A stretch of 64,000 nucleotides of DNA from an uncultured Myxococcales bacterium. GTDB taxonomy: Bacteria; Myxococcota_A; Polyangia; Palsa-1104; JAEUJZ01. The translations under genes were made by a program, and so were the position numbers. Of this stretch, positions 27,144 to 36,656 are shown piece by piece. The stretch spans positions 120,829-184,828 of the forward strand of contig CAYWPR010000001.1 in NCBI GenBank assembly GCA_964460115.1, given 5' to 3'. Under the pieces are notes generated by a model. It was given only the letters and a program-made list of their open reading frames with translations, made no database searches and was not told where the DNA came from. Every line of letters starts with the position of its first letter. The stretch's first letter is position 1.

Positions 27144-28409
27144 TTAGGCCGCGGATCTCGAAAAAACAGGTTGGCCGGCGCGATACACGCGCTGCACCAG
27201 CGAGACGCCAAAATGCTGGCAGACTTCGCGGTAGTGCTCGGCTTGCCAAACCACTAGATCGCCGCGATCGCCAATCAGCAAACGCCCGGCATCAGGCAGC
27301 CGCAAAGCATGCGCCGCATGTCGCGTCACCCCCAGCCAAGCTTCGGCGGCGCTAAGCCCCATCTGCGTACAACCGAGCGTCATCATTAAGGGCAGCGATT
27401 CGCTGTACGAGCTTCCAGGGTTGCAGTCGGTGCCAAGGGCTACGCGGACTCCGGCGCGTATCAATCGGCGCGCATCCGGCAAGCGCAGCCGCAAGGTCAG
27501 CGCCGCGCCCGGCAGCAAATTGGCGACCACATCGGCTGCGGCCAGCGCCGCAATGCCGCGTTCGTCGATCTCTTCCAAATGCTCGACAGAGACAGCGCCA
27601 AGACGCGCCGCCAGCTCAGCCGCCCCGGTGTACGTAAACTGCTCGGCGTGGCAGCGCAGCATAAGATCGGCGGCTCGCCCGGCCAAAAGCAGCGCTTCGG
27701 TCTCTGCCAGGGTGAAGGCGCCGGCATCGCAATAGACATCCAGGGCAGCGGCGCCATTGGCCGCAGCCTCAGAAATCGCCGCCAAAAGTTGCGCCAGGAA
27801 GTTTTGGCGTTCCTCGACTTGCAGATTCGCCGGGGGCACATGACACAAAAAAGTCGGCGACACCGATACAGGCTGGTGCTGCGCGGCGCGAACAATCAGA
27901 CCGAGCAAGCGCAGTTCGGCCGCCGGCTTTAGCCCATAGCCGGTCTTGACCTCGCAAAAGCTGACCCCTTGCCCAAGCGCGCGCTGCAGGCGGGTTCGCA
28001 TCCCAGAAATAAGCTGCTCATCGCTGGCTTGCTCTGTAGCCGCAACCGTCGACAAGATGCCGCCGCCGTGTCGCTGAATTTCCTGATAGCTTTTGCCCAG
28101 GTTGCGCCAGTCGAATTCACGGCTGCGGTCGCCGGCAAAAAGCAGATGGGTATGCGGATCGACGAGGCCCGGCGTCACCAATTGGCCGCCGGCGCTTTCC
28201 TCAAAAATCGGCGCGGGCCAGTTTGCCTTATCGGCCCGAGGCGCGGCGTGCGCCGGTCCGGCATAAGCGATGCGCCCATCGACGACGACGACCACGGCAT
28301 TGCGGACGAGGCCCAGGCTGACTTCGGCGCTTTCCGGATCTTCTGGCACTTGCGGCGGACCGCCTAGGGTCAAAAGTTCAGCGATGTCTTTTAAGTAGAG
28401 CGTTGGCAT
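27144..28409 (-). CDS. hutI: imidazolonepropionase (amidohydrolase superfamily)
   Basis: DPHTHL metal-binding motif and SFCEVKTGYGL (HutI-specific VKSGYGL motif). About 421 aa. Confidence 0.75.
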   Translation of the reverse strand: MPTLYLKDIAELLTLGGPPQVPEDPESAEVSLGLVRNAVVVVVDGRIAYAGPAHAAPRADKANWPAPIFEESAGGQLVTPGLVDPHTHLLFAGDRSREFDWRNLGKSYQEIQRHGGGILSTVAATEQASDEQLISGMRTRLQRALGQGVSFCEVKTGYGLKPAAELRLLGLIVRAAQHQPVSVSPTFLCHVPPANLQVEERQNFLAQLLAAISEAAANGAAALDVYCDAGAFTLAETEALLLAGRAADLMLRCHAEQFTYTGAAELAARLGAVSVEHLEEIDERGIAALAAADVVANLLPGAALTLRLRLPDARRLIRAGVRVALGTDCNPGSSYSESLPLMMTLGCTQMGLSAAEAWLGVTRHAAHALRLPDAGRLLIGDRGDLVVWQAEHYREVCQHFGVSLVQRVYRAGQPVFSRSAA

Positions 28410-28433
28410 GACGACAAAACGGTTTGGCGCAGC

Positions 28434-29969
28434 TTAGGCCGCGGGCAATTCGACGGTAAAACGCGTTCCAAAGGGCGGCTCGGGATGCAAAGGACTTTCC
28501 ACAATCAATCGTCCGCTGTGGCGCGACACCACTTCCAAGGCCAACGCCAGACCTAGCCCGGTGCCGCCTTTTTTGGTGGTAAAAAACGGCTCGAAAATCT
28601 GCTGCTGCTGCTCTTTAGAGATGCCGGGGCCGTTATCGATGACATCGATGGCGACGCTTTTCGGTGGACAGCGGCGGCTGCGAACCGTCAATTGGCGCTC
28701 GGCCGCTGTCTCGACATTGCCAGCCATCGCTTCGGCGGCATTGCGCAAAAGGTTCAAAAGTGCCTGCCGCACTTGATTGTCGTCAATAACCACCATCGGC
28801 AAGTCTTGACATAGATCAGCCTCGACGGCAATTCCACGAGCGCGCAGGTCCTGACCGAAAAATTGCAGCAGGCTGCGCAAAAGATCGTTTAGCTCGGCGC
28901 GTTCAAACCGCGACTGCGGCAGACGGGCAAAGCGCAGATACTGCTCGGTAATATCGGTCAGGCGATCGACTTCTTTGACGATCGCTTGAGCCAGTTTTTG
29001 CCCTTCGCTATTCGGGCCGGCAAACTCGTCGGCCAAAAGTTCGGCGTTTAAGCCAATGGCCGTCAACGGATTGCGCACTTCATGAGTGATCTGCGCCGCC
29101 ATCTTGCCCACGGCCGCCAATTGCTCGGAACGGCGCAGCCGCATTTCGCGCTCTTCTAGCGCGGCGGCCATGGCATTAAATTCGCGCGCCAAGGTGCCGA
29201 CTTCATCCGTCGCCGAGCCGCCGGCCCGAAAGACTCTGCCGGTTTGATAATTGCCGCGAGCAACCTCGCGCGCGCTATCGCTAAGCTGGCGCAAGGGCCG
29301 CAGCGTCGCCTGCACCAGCAGCAAGACCACGCCGCCGGTAAGTGCCGCCGCCAGCGCCAAAAGCACCGTCATCCAGGCCGTGCGCGCCTCATAGCGCTGT
29401 CCGGCGCTGACCACTTCCACGACTTTATTGGTCAGGCGGCTAGACATCTGTTCCAAAAGCTGCGTCGCCTGATCCTCCAGTTGGCGTTCGGAGGGATTGC
29501 GCGAAATGGTTGTAGACTGTGTAGCTTTTAGAGCCTGTGCAGACTGTGTTGTCTGCATAGCTTGTGTAGATATTGCATCTGTAGCTGTGTAGATTCGTTC
29601 TAATCGATCCAAGCCATTTTCGATTTGTGTCAAAAAGGCCGCTTCGGCCGGCGGCTGGCTGCGGCGAAGTTCCGAAACATGCTGCCGCGCTCCTTGCAAA
29701 CGGGCGCGCCGCAGGTTGCGATCGGCAGCAATCGTCAACAAAGAACGCGGACTGAAATCAGGCTCGGCCAGACGCTTTTGCAAGTTGGCTTGCAGCGTTA
29801 ACTGGTCCTGTAATTCCAGACGCAGAACCGAGTACCCAAGCGCCACAAGTCGCAGTTGCTCGCCCAGGGTGCGCACGGCCCAGGCGCCATACAGCGTCGC
29901 GCCGCCGAACGCAAAAAGCACCACGACAAAGCCAAGAAGTATCTTGCTGCGGATGGACAAACCAAACAC
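28434..29969 (-). CDS. sensor histidine kinase (TM, long coiled-coil/sensor region, HAMP, HisKA, HATPase_c); GTG start chosen, ORF track extends to 30512
   Basis: H-box ITHEVRNPLTAI. N-box LLNLLRNAAEAM. G-boxes DNGPGI and GTGLGLAL. The N-terminal 180 aa of the long ORF are low-complexity and would overlap the divergent gene at 30022. Confidence 0.8.
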   Translation of the reverse strand: MFGLSIRSKILLGFVVVLFAFGGATLYGAWAVRTLGEQLRLVALGYSVLRLELQDQLTLQANLQKRLAEPDFSPRSLLTIAADRNLRRARLQGARQHVSELRRSQPPAEAAFLTQIENGLDRLERIYTATDAISTQAMQTTQSAQALKATQSTTISRNPSERQLEDQATQLLEQMSSRLTNKVVEVVSAGQRYEARTAWMTVLLALAAALTGGVVLLLVQATLRPLRQLSDSAREVARGNYQTGRVFRAGGSATDEVGTLAREFNAMAAALEEREMRLRRSEQLAAVGKMAAQITHEVRNPLTAIGLNAELLADEFAGPNSEGQKLAQAIVKEVDRLTDITEQYLRFARLPQSRFERAELNDLLRSLLQFFGQDLRARGIAVEADLCQDLPMVVIDDNQVRQALLNLLRNAAEAMAGNVETAAERQLTVRSRRCPPKSVAIDVIDNGPGISKEQQQQIFEPFFTTKKGGTGLGLALALEVVSRHSGRLIVESPLHPEPPFGTRFTVELPAA

Positions 29970-30021
29970 TGCAAGAACTTTACGAGGATCGAAGCATATT
30001 CGTCTATAATTCAAAATCAGT

Positions 30022-32169
30022 ATGTCATTTACACTATCGCGAGTGCCAGGGGTGCGCATGGCCCTGGTGCTGGCCCTAGTGCTGAGCGGGGCTGTCGCAC
30101 AGGCGGAACTGCGTCCGCAGGGTGAAGCGGTCTTACTCGGCGATTCGACAAACGGCGGGCTGCTGGTCAATGTACGAATACGTCTGGCCGCTGAAGCGGG
30201 CATTACGCCGCCGATTGGCATGCCGACGCTGCGCGTCTTGCCGGTCACGAATTGGCGGAGCGAAGGCAACACCGTCGTGGGCGAAGTGGCGGCTGGCGCC
30301 AACCTCGGCGGACTGCTTTTGAATCTGCGTTGGCAGCAAACCGCTGAAGGTGCGTACGCCCTGCAGGCCGAAGGACAAGCGACTTCGCCCCTGTGGATTG
30401 GCATGCTGTCTATCGAAGTGGAGCTTCCCGATGGAGCTGCCAGTCTTGGCGGTCGCGAGCTGCATTTGCACCCGCTCGGGCGAACCGCAGCCTTTTCCGG
30501 ACTGGATCCCAAGTGGCTGCTGTTTTATCCGCAAGCTGGCGCCACCCGCAAAGAACGGCAAGCCGCGGCTGCCGCGCATTTGCCGCGGCCCTCTGCGTGG
30601 ACGCTTTTTGCCGATGACGATGCCGACGGAATCAAAGCCGTTCGCGAAGCTTCGCATCTTCAGTATCGCGTCGATCTTTTCTCGACAGAAGCTCGACCGT
30701 TCTCGCATTTTGCTTCGTGTACGGACAATTGGCATTCGCCCAATCACCGGCAGCTTTTGCCGGTGCGGCTGGTCCAGCCCGATGAACCGCTACACAGCGA
30801 GATCACCATTTATCAAGGCACGGCGGTGCCGATATTTAAGGCGCGTTATCCCGACGGCCGAAACGCGGCGCTGGTCATTACTGATCATGCCGATCAGACC
30901 TCAGCGGTCACTTTGCGCGCGCTCATCGGCGGCACCTCTGATGTGACTTCTCCAACTTGGGGCCAGGGCGGACTGCTCGGACAAGGTCTGCGCATTACCA
31001 AATCGCTGTGGATGTCCAGCGGCGAGCCAGCGCCACCGCCGCTTCTATACACCGCCGCCGATTCATCGGCCACGCACGCCGAGCACGGCAGCCATCGTGC
31101 CCTGACTGCGCAACAGGCGCGACCGTCTCGCGCTACCAAAATCGTCGCATTTCGCAACCGCTACGGCCGGCCGCAGGTCGATTCGACGGGCGGCGGACGA
31201 CCGCAGCTTGACGATCCCGAAGTGGCCGAAATGGCCGAGCGCATGGCTCGCGTCGGTTGGGAAATCGTTCCGCACTCGGCGACTCCACTGCGCGATGAAC
31301 GCGACCGCACCGAGATGGCCCTGGAATGGTTTTCGCGCTACAAAGCGCACACTTGGATCGATCATCAGCCCTATACCAACTGCGAAGCGCTGATCAATCA
31401 GGGATACAAGACCGGTCCCTTTGGCATCGTCGATCTGCTGCACAAGTTTGGCTATAGCTATGCGTGGTCGGGTATTGACGTACCGCTTGGCTCGCTGAAT
31501 CTTTTGGCGCCGCGACGGCTGGATCGCTACGTGCCGGTGCTGTGGCCGGCCGGACGGCTGGCGCACGGAACTCCGCCGGGATTGTGGCTGTTCAGCACGA
31601 TGATGACCTACGTCGATAGCGCTCAGTTTTTCAAGATCTACGGCAAAAAGGCCCTGGACCAGCTTGAACACGAGCGTGGATTGCACATCGCCCACACCTA
31701 TTTGGAAGCCTTTCATCCGCCGGCCAGCCCCTTTGTGAAGCGCAACCTCATGCTTCCCGGCCATCGACCTGGCGAAGTGGTGCTGGATCCCAAGCTGGAC
31801 GCTTTGTTTCATGCGCTGGCGGCGCGCGTCGCCCATGGCGGGCTGTGGATTCCCACGCTCAGCCAGCTTGGCGATCACATGCGTGCCATGACCACGGTTT
31901 CAGTGCGTCTGCAGGCCGACGGCAGCGCCGTGTTGCAATCGCCGCAGACCTTAAGCGGCGCCACATTCGTGCTGCCGCGCCCTGGCCTGCGCGTGCTTAT
32001 CGACGGACAGCCGCCCAAAGGTCAGCGCAGCTCACGCAAAGACACGACCTTTTGGGTGGATTTGCCCGCCAACCGCCAAGTTCATGTGATGCTTCTGGAT
32101 GCGCAAGGCGAAATGGTTCTGTTTCGCCGCCTGCCGGAAGGCAAGTCTTTGCTCGCGGTTCGCAAATAG
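30022..32169 (+). CDS. hypothetical secreted protein (signal peptide; possible carbohydrate esterase/hydrolase-like central domain)
   Basis: Signal peptide MALVLALVLSGAVAQA (an alternative start near 30058). 715 aa with no confident family assignment. Confidence 0.5.
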   Translation: MSFTLSRVPGVRMALVLALVLSGAVAQAELRPQGEAVLLGDSTNGGLLVNVRIRLAAEAGITPPIGMPTLRVLPVTNWRSEGNTVVGEVAAGANLGGLLLNLRWQQTAEGAYALQAEGQATSPLWIGMLSIEVELPDGAASLGGRELHLHPLGRTAAFSGLDPKWLLFYPQAGATRKERQAAAAAHLPRPSAWTLFADDDADGIKAVREASHLQYRVDLFSTEARPFSHFASCTDNWHSPNHRQLLPVRLVQPDEPLHSEITIYQGTAVPIFKARYPDGRNAALVITDHADQTSAVTLRALIGGTSDVTSPTWGQGGLLGQGLRITKSLWMSSGEPAPPPLLYTAADSSATHAEHGSHRALTAQQARPSRATKIVAFRNRYGRPQVDSTGGGRPQLDDPEVAEMAERMARVGWEIVPHSATPLRDERDRTEMALEWFSRYKAHTWIDHQPYTNCEALINQGYKTGPFGIVDLLHKFGYSYAWSGIDVPLGSLNLLAPRRLDRYVPVLWPAGRLAHGTPPGLWLFSTMMTYVDSAQFFKIYGKKALDQLEHERGLHIAHTYLEAFHPPASPFVKRNLMLPGHRPGEVVLDPKLDALFHALAARVAHGGLWIPTLSQLGDHMRAMTTVSVRLQADGSAVLQSPQTLSGATFVLPRPGLRVLIDGQPPKGQRSSRKDTTFWVDLPANRQVHVMLLDAQGEMVLFRRLPEGKSLLAVRK

Positions 32170-32196
32170 CCACAAAGCCGCGGGTTTGGTGCGGCT

Positions 32197-33606
32197 TTAC
32201 TCGCGCTTTTCGAGTACAGCGACGCATTCGACGTGCGCGGTATGCGGCGCCAAGTCGATGGGCTGTACGCGTCTAACCAAATAGTCCTGCGCGACGAGAA
32301 ACTCCAGATCGCGCCCCAGCGTCATCGAATCACAAGAGACATAGACGATGCGACGGGCTTGTAGCCGCGCTAAAAGCGGCAGAGCCTCGCGCGCGCCGAT
32401 GCGCGGCGGATCCAGCACCACGGCGTCAAACTGCGCCGCGCTTTGCACAAGTTCCAAAAGCGCCGCCTCGACTGCCTGCGCTTTCATGGTGATATTCGGC
32501 GCGTCCGCAAATAAAGCTTGCGCCCGCGCGACGGCTGCGGCGTCTCCCTCGATGCACAAAAGCGTGCGCGACGGCCCCTGTAAAGCGCGCGTCAGATTGC
32601 CGCTGCCTGAAAACAACTCCAAAAGCCGCAACGGCTGGCCCGGCCGCGGAGCAATCTCGGCAATCGCCGCGGCAACTTGTTGCGGCAAAAGTGCATGTCC
32701 GGCGGCGCTTGGCTGCGCAAAGCCTTCCGCCGATCCCTCAAATGGCCCTAGGTCGCTAGATTCGCCGATTTTCAGCGTCTTTTGACCGATGTATTCCGCG
32801 CGATTGCCGTCGTGCAGAATCACGCCGCAAACTTCGCCGCTTTGCCACAGATCATAAAGGGCGGACCGCACCGCTTGGCGCCGCGCTGCCGGTCCCAAGT
32901 GCACCGCCAAATGCACTGCCGGCTTTTCGGCCGTTTGCCCCAAAAGTCCGCGGACGGTGGTTCCTTCGCCAAAAAGCGGCACTAGCGCCCCCAAGCGCCC
33001 AAACAGCACACGATCAAGCGCCGGCGCTAGCACCGCACAACTGGCGATGAAAACGCCGTGGTGCGAGCGCGCACTGGCATAACCCAGCTTGCCATCGCGC
33101 ACCATCAGCCGAGCACGCAAGCGGTAGCCAAGCGCAGGGGTCGGCGCCAAAATCGGCAAAATAGTCGAGGCGCTCGTAGTTTTGCGCAGAGCGCGGCGCA
33201 CCCAAGCTTCTTTGGCGGCAAGCTGCGCCTCAAGACGCACCGGCATCAAGGGACAGCCGCCACATTTTTCGGACGCAGCCAGCGCGCACGCCGGCGTCAC
33301 GCGATTCGGGCCGGGCGATAGCACACGCAAAAGCCGGCCGCGGCCTAGACCCTTGCGCGGCGGCGCGATGGCCACTTCGACCCGATCTCCAGGAGTGCCG
33401 CCGGGCACAAAGACGACAAGTCCATCGTCGCGGCGCCCCACGGCATCACCGCCCGGAGCCATTTCAAAAAGGGTCAGTAAAGCGCTTGGCACGGCCGCGA
33501 TGGTAGCACCTTGACGGAGTGGCGAGCTCCCAGTATGACGGAAATGAGAAGGAGCGCGCCCATTGACCAGCTTATCGTCCAGTTCATCCGTGCGACCCCT
33601 GCGCAA
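32197..33606 (-). CDS. TRAM-domain 23S rRNA (uracil-5-)-methyltransferase RumA/RlmD family; true start possibly internal (~33462)
   Basis: TRAM-like N-terminus VVFVPGGTPGDRVEVAI. Four-Cys cluster CALAASEKCGGCPLM. SAM motif LELFSGSGNL and DPPRIGA. Confidence 0.8.
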   Translation of the reverse strand: MRRGRTDELDDKLVNGRAPSHFRHTGSSPLRQGATIAAVPSALLTLFEMAPGGDAVGRRDDGLVVFVPGGTPGDRVEVAIAPPRKGLGRGRLLRVLSPGPNRVTPACALAASEKCGGCPLMPVRLEAQLAAKEAWVRRALRKTTSASTILPILAPTPALGYRLRARLMVRDGKLGYASARSHHGVFIASCAVLAPALDRVLFGRLGALVPLFGEGTTVRGLLGQTAEKPAVHLAVHLGPAARRQAVRSALYDLWQSGEVCGVILHDGNRAEYIGQKTLKIGESSDLGPFEGSAEGFAQPSAAGHALLPQQVAAAIAEIAPRPGQPLRLLELFSGSGNLTRALQGPSRTLLCIEGDAAAVARAQALFADAPNITMKAQAVEAALLELVQSAAQFDAVVLDPPRIGAREALPLLARLQARRIVYVSCDSMTLGRDLEFLVAQDYLVRRVQPIDLAPHTAHVECVAVLEKRE

Positions 33607-34138
33607 ACTTCGCGCCTTTGCCGGTAAATTTCCGACGATCGATCCAAGCGTCTATATTGCCGATACCGCCACGGTGGTCGGCGACGTGCACGTCGGAGCC
33701 CGCTCGAGCATTTGGTTTGGCGCTGTGCTGCGCGGCGATGTCTTTCACATCCGCGTTGGAGAAGAGACATCGATACAAGACAACACGGTGCTGCACGTCA
33801 CCCACGATCGCTTTGCCACGGTGGTCGGCAACCGAGTGACGGTCGGCCACTCGGTGACGCTGCATGGCTGCACCATCGGCGATTTGTGCATCATCGGCAT
33901 GGGCGCCACGGTGCTCGACCAAGTTGAAGTTGGCGAGCGCTGCATCGTCGGCGCCGGCGCCCTTTTGACCCCCGGAACCAAAGTTCCCCCCGGGCACCTT
34001 ATCGTCGGCACCCCGGCGCGCGTCAAGCGCCCCCTGACCGACGCCGAACTTGAATGGCTGTCCGCTTCCGCCGCGCATTATGTGGAGCTTGGCCGCATTT
34101 ACGCCCGAGAGGAAGCCGAAGCCCAAACCGGCAATTGA
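33563..34138 (+). CDS. gamma-carbonic-anhydrase-like hexapeptide-repeat protein (YrdA/PaaY/CaiE family)
   Basis: Left-handed beta-helix repeats with the characteristic PTIDPSVYIADTATVVGDVHVGARSSIWFGAVLRGD. Confidence 0.85.
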   Translation: MTSLSSSSSVRPLRKLRAFAGKFPTIDPSVYIADTATVVGDVHVGARSSIWFGAVLRGDVFHIRVGEETSIQDNTVLHVTHDRFATVVGNRVTVGHSVTLHGCTIGDLCIIGMGATVLDQVEVGERCIVGAGALLTPGTKVPPGHLIVGTPARVKRPLTDAELEWLSASAAHYVELGRIYAREEAEAQTGN

Positions 34139-34177
34139 CAGTTCGGTTCGCTCCCGTAAAGATCAAAGGTTATCGGC

Positions 34178-36037
34178 ATGTTTGCGGCCTTTGCCAAAGC
34201 AATGGATGCGCTGAAAAGGCGCCTGAAAAAGCCGCACAAGCTGTGGCTGCTTTGGGCGGTGCTGCTTGGCATTGGGCTTCTTCTTGGACCGGTTCCGGCG
34301 TGGCTGCTCGATGGACTTTTGGCGGCGAATCTGACACTGGCAGTGACGCTGTGCGTGGTTGCGGCAAACGCTGGCGAACCGCGGCGCCTGCCGCAGCTAC
34401 CGGCCCTGCTTTTCATCTCGGTGCTGGTGCGGCTGGGGCTCAATATTGCCGCGCTGCGCCTTTTGTTCAGCGCCGGCGGCGGCGAAGCCGGCTGGCTGAT
34501 TCGCCAAAGCGGCGATTGGCTGCTTGGCGGCGATGCCATTTTCGGCGCAGTGCTCATCAGCGCAATTGGCGTCGTTGAATATCTGGTCCTGGTGCGCGGC
34601 GGTGAACGTGCGGCCGAGGTCGCCGCCCGTTTTGTTTTGGATGCACTACCCGGCAGGCAGGCCGCCATCGAAGCGGATCTGCGCAGCGGCGCCATCGATC
34701 AGACGCAAGCGCAAAAGCGCCGCCAGGCGCTGGACCACGAAGCCCAGATTTACGGGGCGCTCGACGGAGCGCTGCGCCTTCTGAAAGGCGATGTAATCGC
34801 GGCTCTGCTGCTTTTGTCCTTGGGATTTGCCGGCGGACTTTTGCTAGGCGTATTGCGCCAAGGGTTGGATGTCGCGCAAGCAGCCGAGCGCTATGGGCTG
34901 TGGATGGTCGGTCAGGGACTTTTGACGCAGGTGCCGGTTCTTTTGAACACTGCAGCGGCAGGGCTGCTTTTGACGCGCGGCGTTGCCGTTCAGCCGGCAG
35001 AGGGCCCGAAGGCCGCGCAGCACCTCGAAATTCGCATCGAAGCCGGCGCCGGTTTGAAAATCGATACGGCGCTTTTGCTATCGCTGCGCGAAACTCTGTC
35101 GGCCCGCCTGGGCTTTGCCGTGCCCGAGCTGAGGTTTTTACAGCTCGATTCGGCGCCGACCGGACGGCGGCTTTTGGTGCGTCTGTTCGGCGTACCGATT
35201 TTCGGCAGTGAACTGCACAGCGATAGCGATGTTCGAACCGTACTGCTTGGCCTGCTTTTGCCGGCGGCCGCCGATCTGTTGACGCTGGACATCGTGCAGC
35301 AGACTTTGGAGGATCTGGGGCAGCAGCAACCCGCTCTACTGCGTGAGACGGTGCCGCGCCGCATCGATCTGGGACGCTTGACGGCCCTATTGCGCCGCTT
35401 GCTGACGCAGCGAGTTTGGCCGCTTGATGTGCGGGCCGTGCTGGAAACTTTGGCCACGCTGCCGCGCATGGAAAGCGATTTGGACGCCTTGACCGAGCAA
35501 GTGCGAGGCGGTCTCGGGCGGTTTCTCATTTCCGGCTTGTTGCGCACTCCGAGCAGCGAAGAAGTTCCCACCAGCAGTGGACAAAACGGCTTGCCGGCGC
35601 TGCTTTTGTCAAACGAGATCGAAGAATTGCTGCGCGAGACTCGATCCGGGCCAAGCGCTTTGGGCATGGGCGGACCGCTTATCGAGCCGGAGCTGGAACG
35701 CGACATCGTCCAGGCAGTGCTGGCGGCGCGCACGCTGGCCCCCGAAGCTGCACTGCTTTGTCACGCCGACGTGCGACGTCTGGTCGAACAGCTTCTGTGC
35801 CGAACGCCCGAGTCCCTGCCGGTTTTGGCCTACAGCGAAATTCCCCCCTCGGTGCCAGTCATCGTTTTGGGCCGGGTCGAGCCCGGTCCTAGTTCGGGGT
35901 CGGGACATAGCTCGGTGCGGCCGCTGCCGTTTGTAGACATCGCGGCGGTTCCTTGGCAAATGCGCCCGACGACGACGTCGTCGTCGACAGCGACTTCTAA
36001 TTCCACTTCGACATCTACAGGCCGAAGCGGACTATAA
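34178..36037 (+). CDS. FHIPEP-family protein (FlhA / SctV export-gate homolog), orphan
   Basis: The N-terminal TM domain aligns along its length with FlhA. RFVLDALPGRQAAIEADLRSGAIDQTQAQKRRQALDHEAQIYGALDGALRLLKGDVIAAL matches the FHIPEP signature RFVLDGMPGKQMAIDADLNAG...FYGSMDGASKFVRGDAIAG. The C-terminal segment LDVRAVLETLATL matches IRDMRTILETLAE. Confidence 0.85.
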   Translation: MFAAFAKAMDALKRRLKKPHKLWLLWAVLLGIGLLLGPVPAWLLDGLLAANLTLAVTLCVVAANAGEPRRLPQLPALLFISVLVRLGLNIAALRLLFSAGGGEAGWLIRQSGDWLLGGDAIFGAVLISAIGVVEYLVLVRGGERAAEVAARFVLDALPGRQAAIEADLRSGAIDQTQAQKRRQALDHEAQIYGALDGALRLLKGDVIAALLLLSLGFAGGLLLGVLRQGLDVAQAAERYGLWMVGQGLLTQVPVLLNTAAAGLLLTRGVAVQPAEGPKAAQHLEIRIEAGAGLKIDTALLLSLRETLSARLGFAVPELRFLQLDSAPTGRRLLVRLFGVPIFGSELHSDSDVRTVLLGLLLPAAADLLTLDIVQQTLEDLGQQQPALLRETVPRRIDLGRLTALLRRLLTQRVWPLDVRAVLETLATLPRMESDLDALTEQVRGGLGRFLISGLLRTPSSEEVPTSSGQNGLPALLLSNEIEELLRETRSGPSALGMGGPLIEPELERDIVQAVLAARTLAPEAALLCHADVRRLVEQLLCRTPESLPVLAYSEIPPSVPVIVLGRVEPGPSSGSGHSSVRPLPFVDIAAVPWQMRPTTTSSSTATSNSTSTSTGRSGL

Positions 36038-36614
36038 AGCGCGGCCCGACGGTCAGATAAATCGGGATATGGCCAAGGTCGGTCAAAAAAGCATGGTAGC
36101 GAATGGCCACCCCGACGGCCCAGCGCCGCGTGATCAGGTAATCCGCCCCCAGGCCCAAAGAAGCGCCGGCGCCTACAGACTGCGTAACGCCTTCTGCGGT
36201 ACGCGTAACAGTGCCTAAAACGCCGAGCCCGGCTTCGAAAAAAGGCACGATGCGCACGATGTCCAGGGCGTAACTGATGCCAGCGCTGGCCTGCCAGCTA
36301 AGCAGCGTCCCGGCAGGCAGCATGTGCTTGTCATCTTGCAGCGCCGAAAGCGGATGCGCGGTCAGGCCGCCCTGAATTTGCACCGAGACGGCATCGGTCA
36401 GTCCATAGCTCAGATGCGCATTGCCGCCGCCGCCCGAAGGCGCGCGATCGTCAATATACGTAAGTCCGTACAGGGGCTGAATTCCCATCGCAAGCTCGCG
36501 CTGCTCGGCCCGCGCGCAAACCGGCCGGACGAGCATCAGCAAAGCCGTCGCCATGCCCAAAAGCGCGCCCGCTCGATAGGTTTGCCAAAACATGAACTGC
36601 AGCGTTGGTATCAC
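36015..36614 (-). CDS. small outer-membrane beta-barrel protein (OmpA-like/OMP_b-brl)
   Basis: Signal peptide present. Alternating amphipathic beta-strands with a C-terminal aromatic-rich strand (...IVRFGL). Confidence 0.6.
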   Translation of the reverse strand: MIPTLQFMFWQTYRAGALLGMATALLMLVRPVCARAEQRELAMGIQPLYGLTYIDDRAPSGGGGNAHLSYGLTDAVSVQIQGGLTAHPLSALQDDKHMLPAGTLLSWQASAGISYALDIVRIVPFFEAGLGVLGTVTRTAEGVTQSVGAGASLGLGADYLITRRWAVGVAIRYHAFLTDLGHIPIYLTVGPRFIVRFGL

Positions 36615-36656
36615 GGCTGGCTTTCTTGGGCAACGTCGGTGCTATAGTGCGCGGCG

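Noticed and set aside
29970-30512. N-terminal 180 aa of ORF 28434..30512
   Set aside because: It is low-complexity and Ser/Pro/Arg-rich, and would overlap the divergent secreted-protein gene. The kinase most likely starts at the GTG at ~29969 or the ATG at ~30059.
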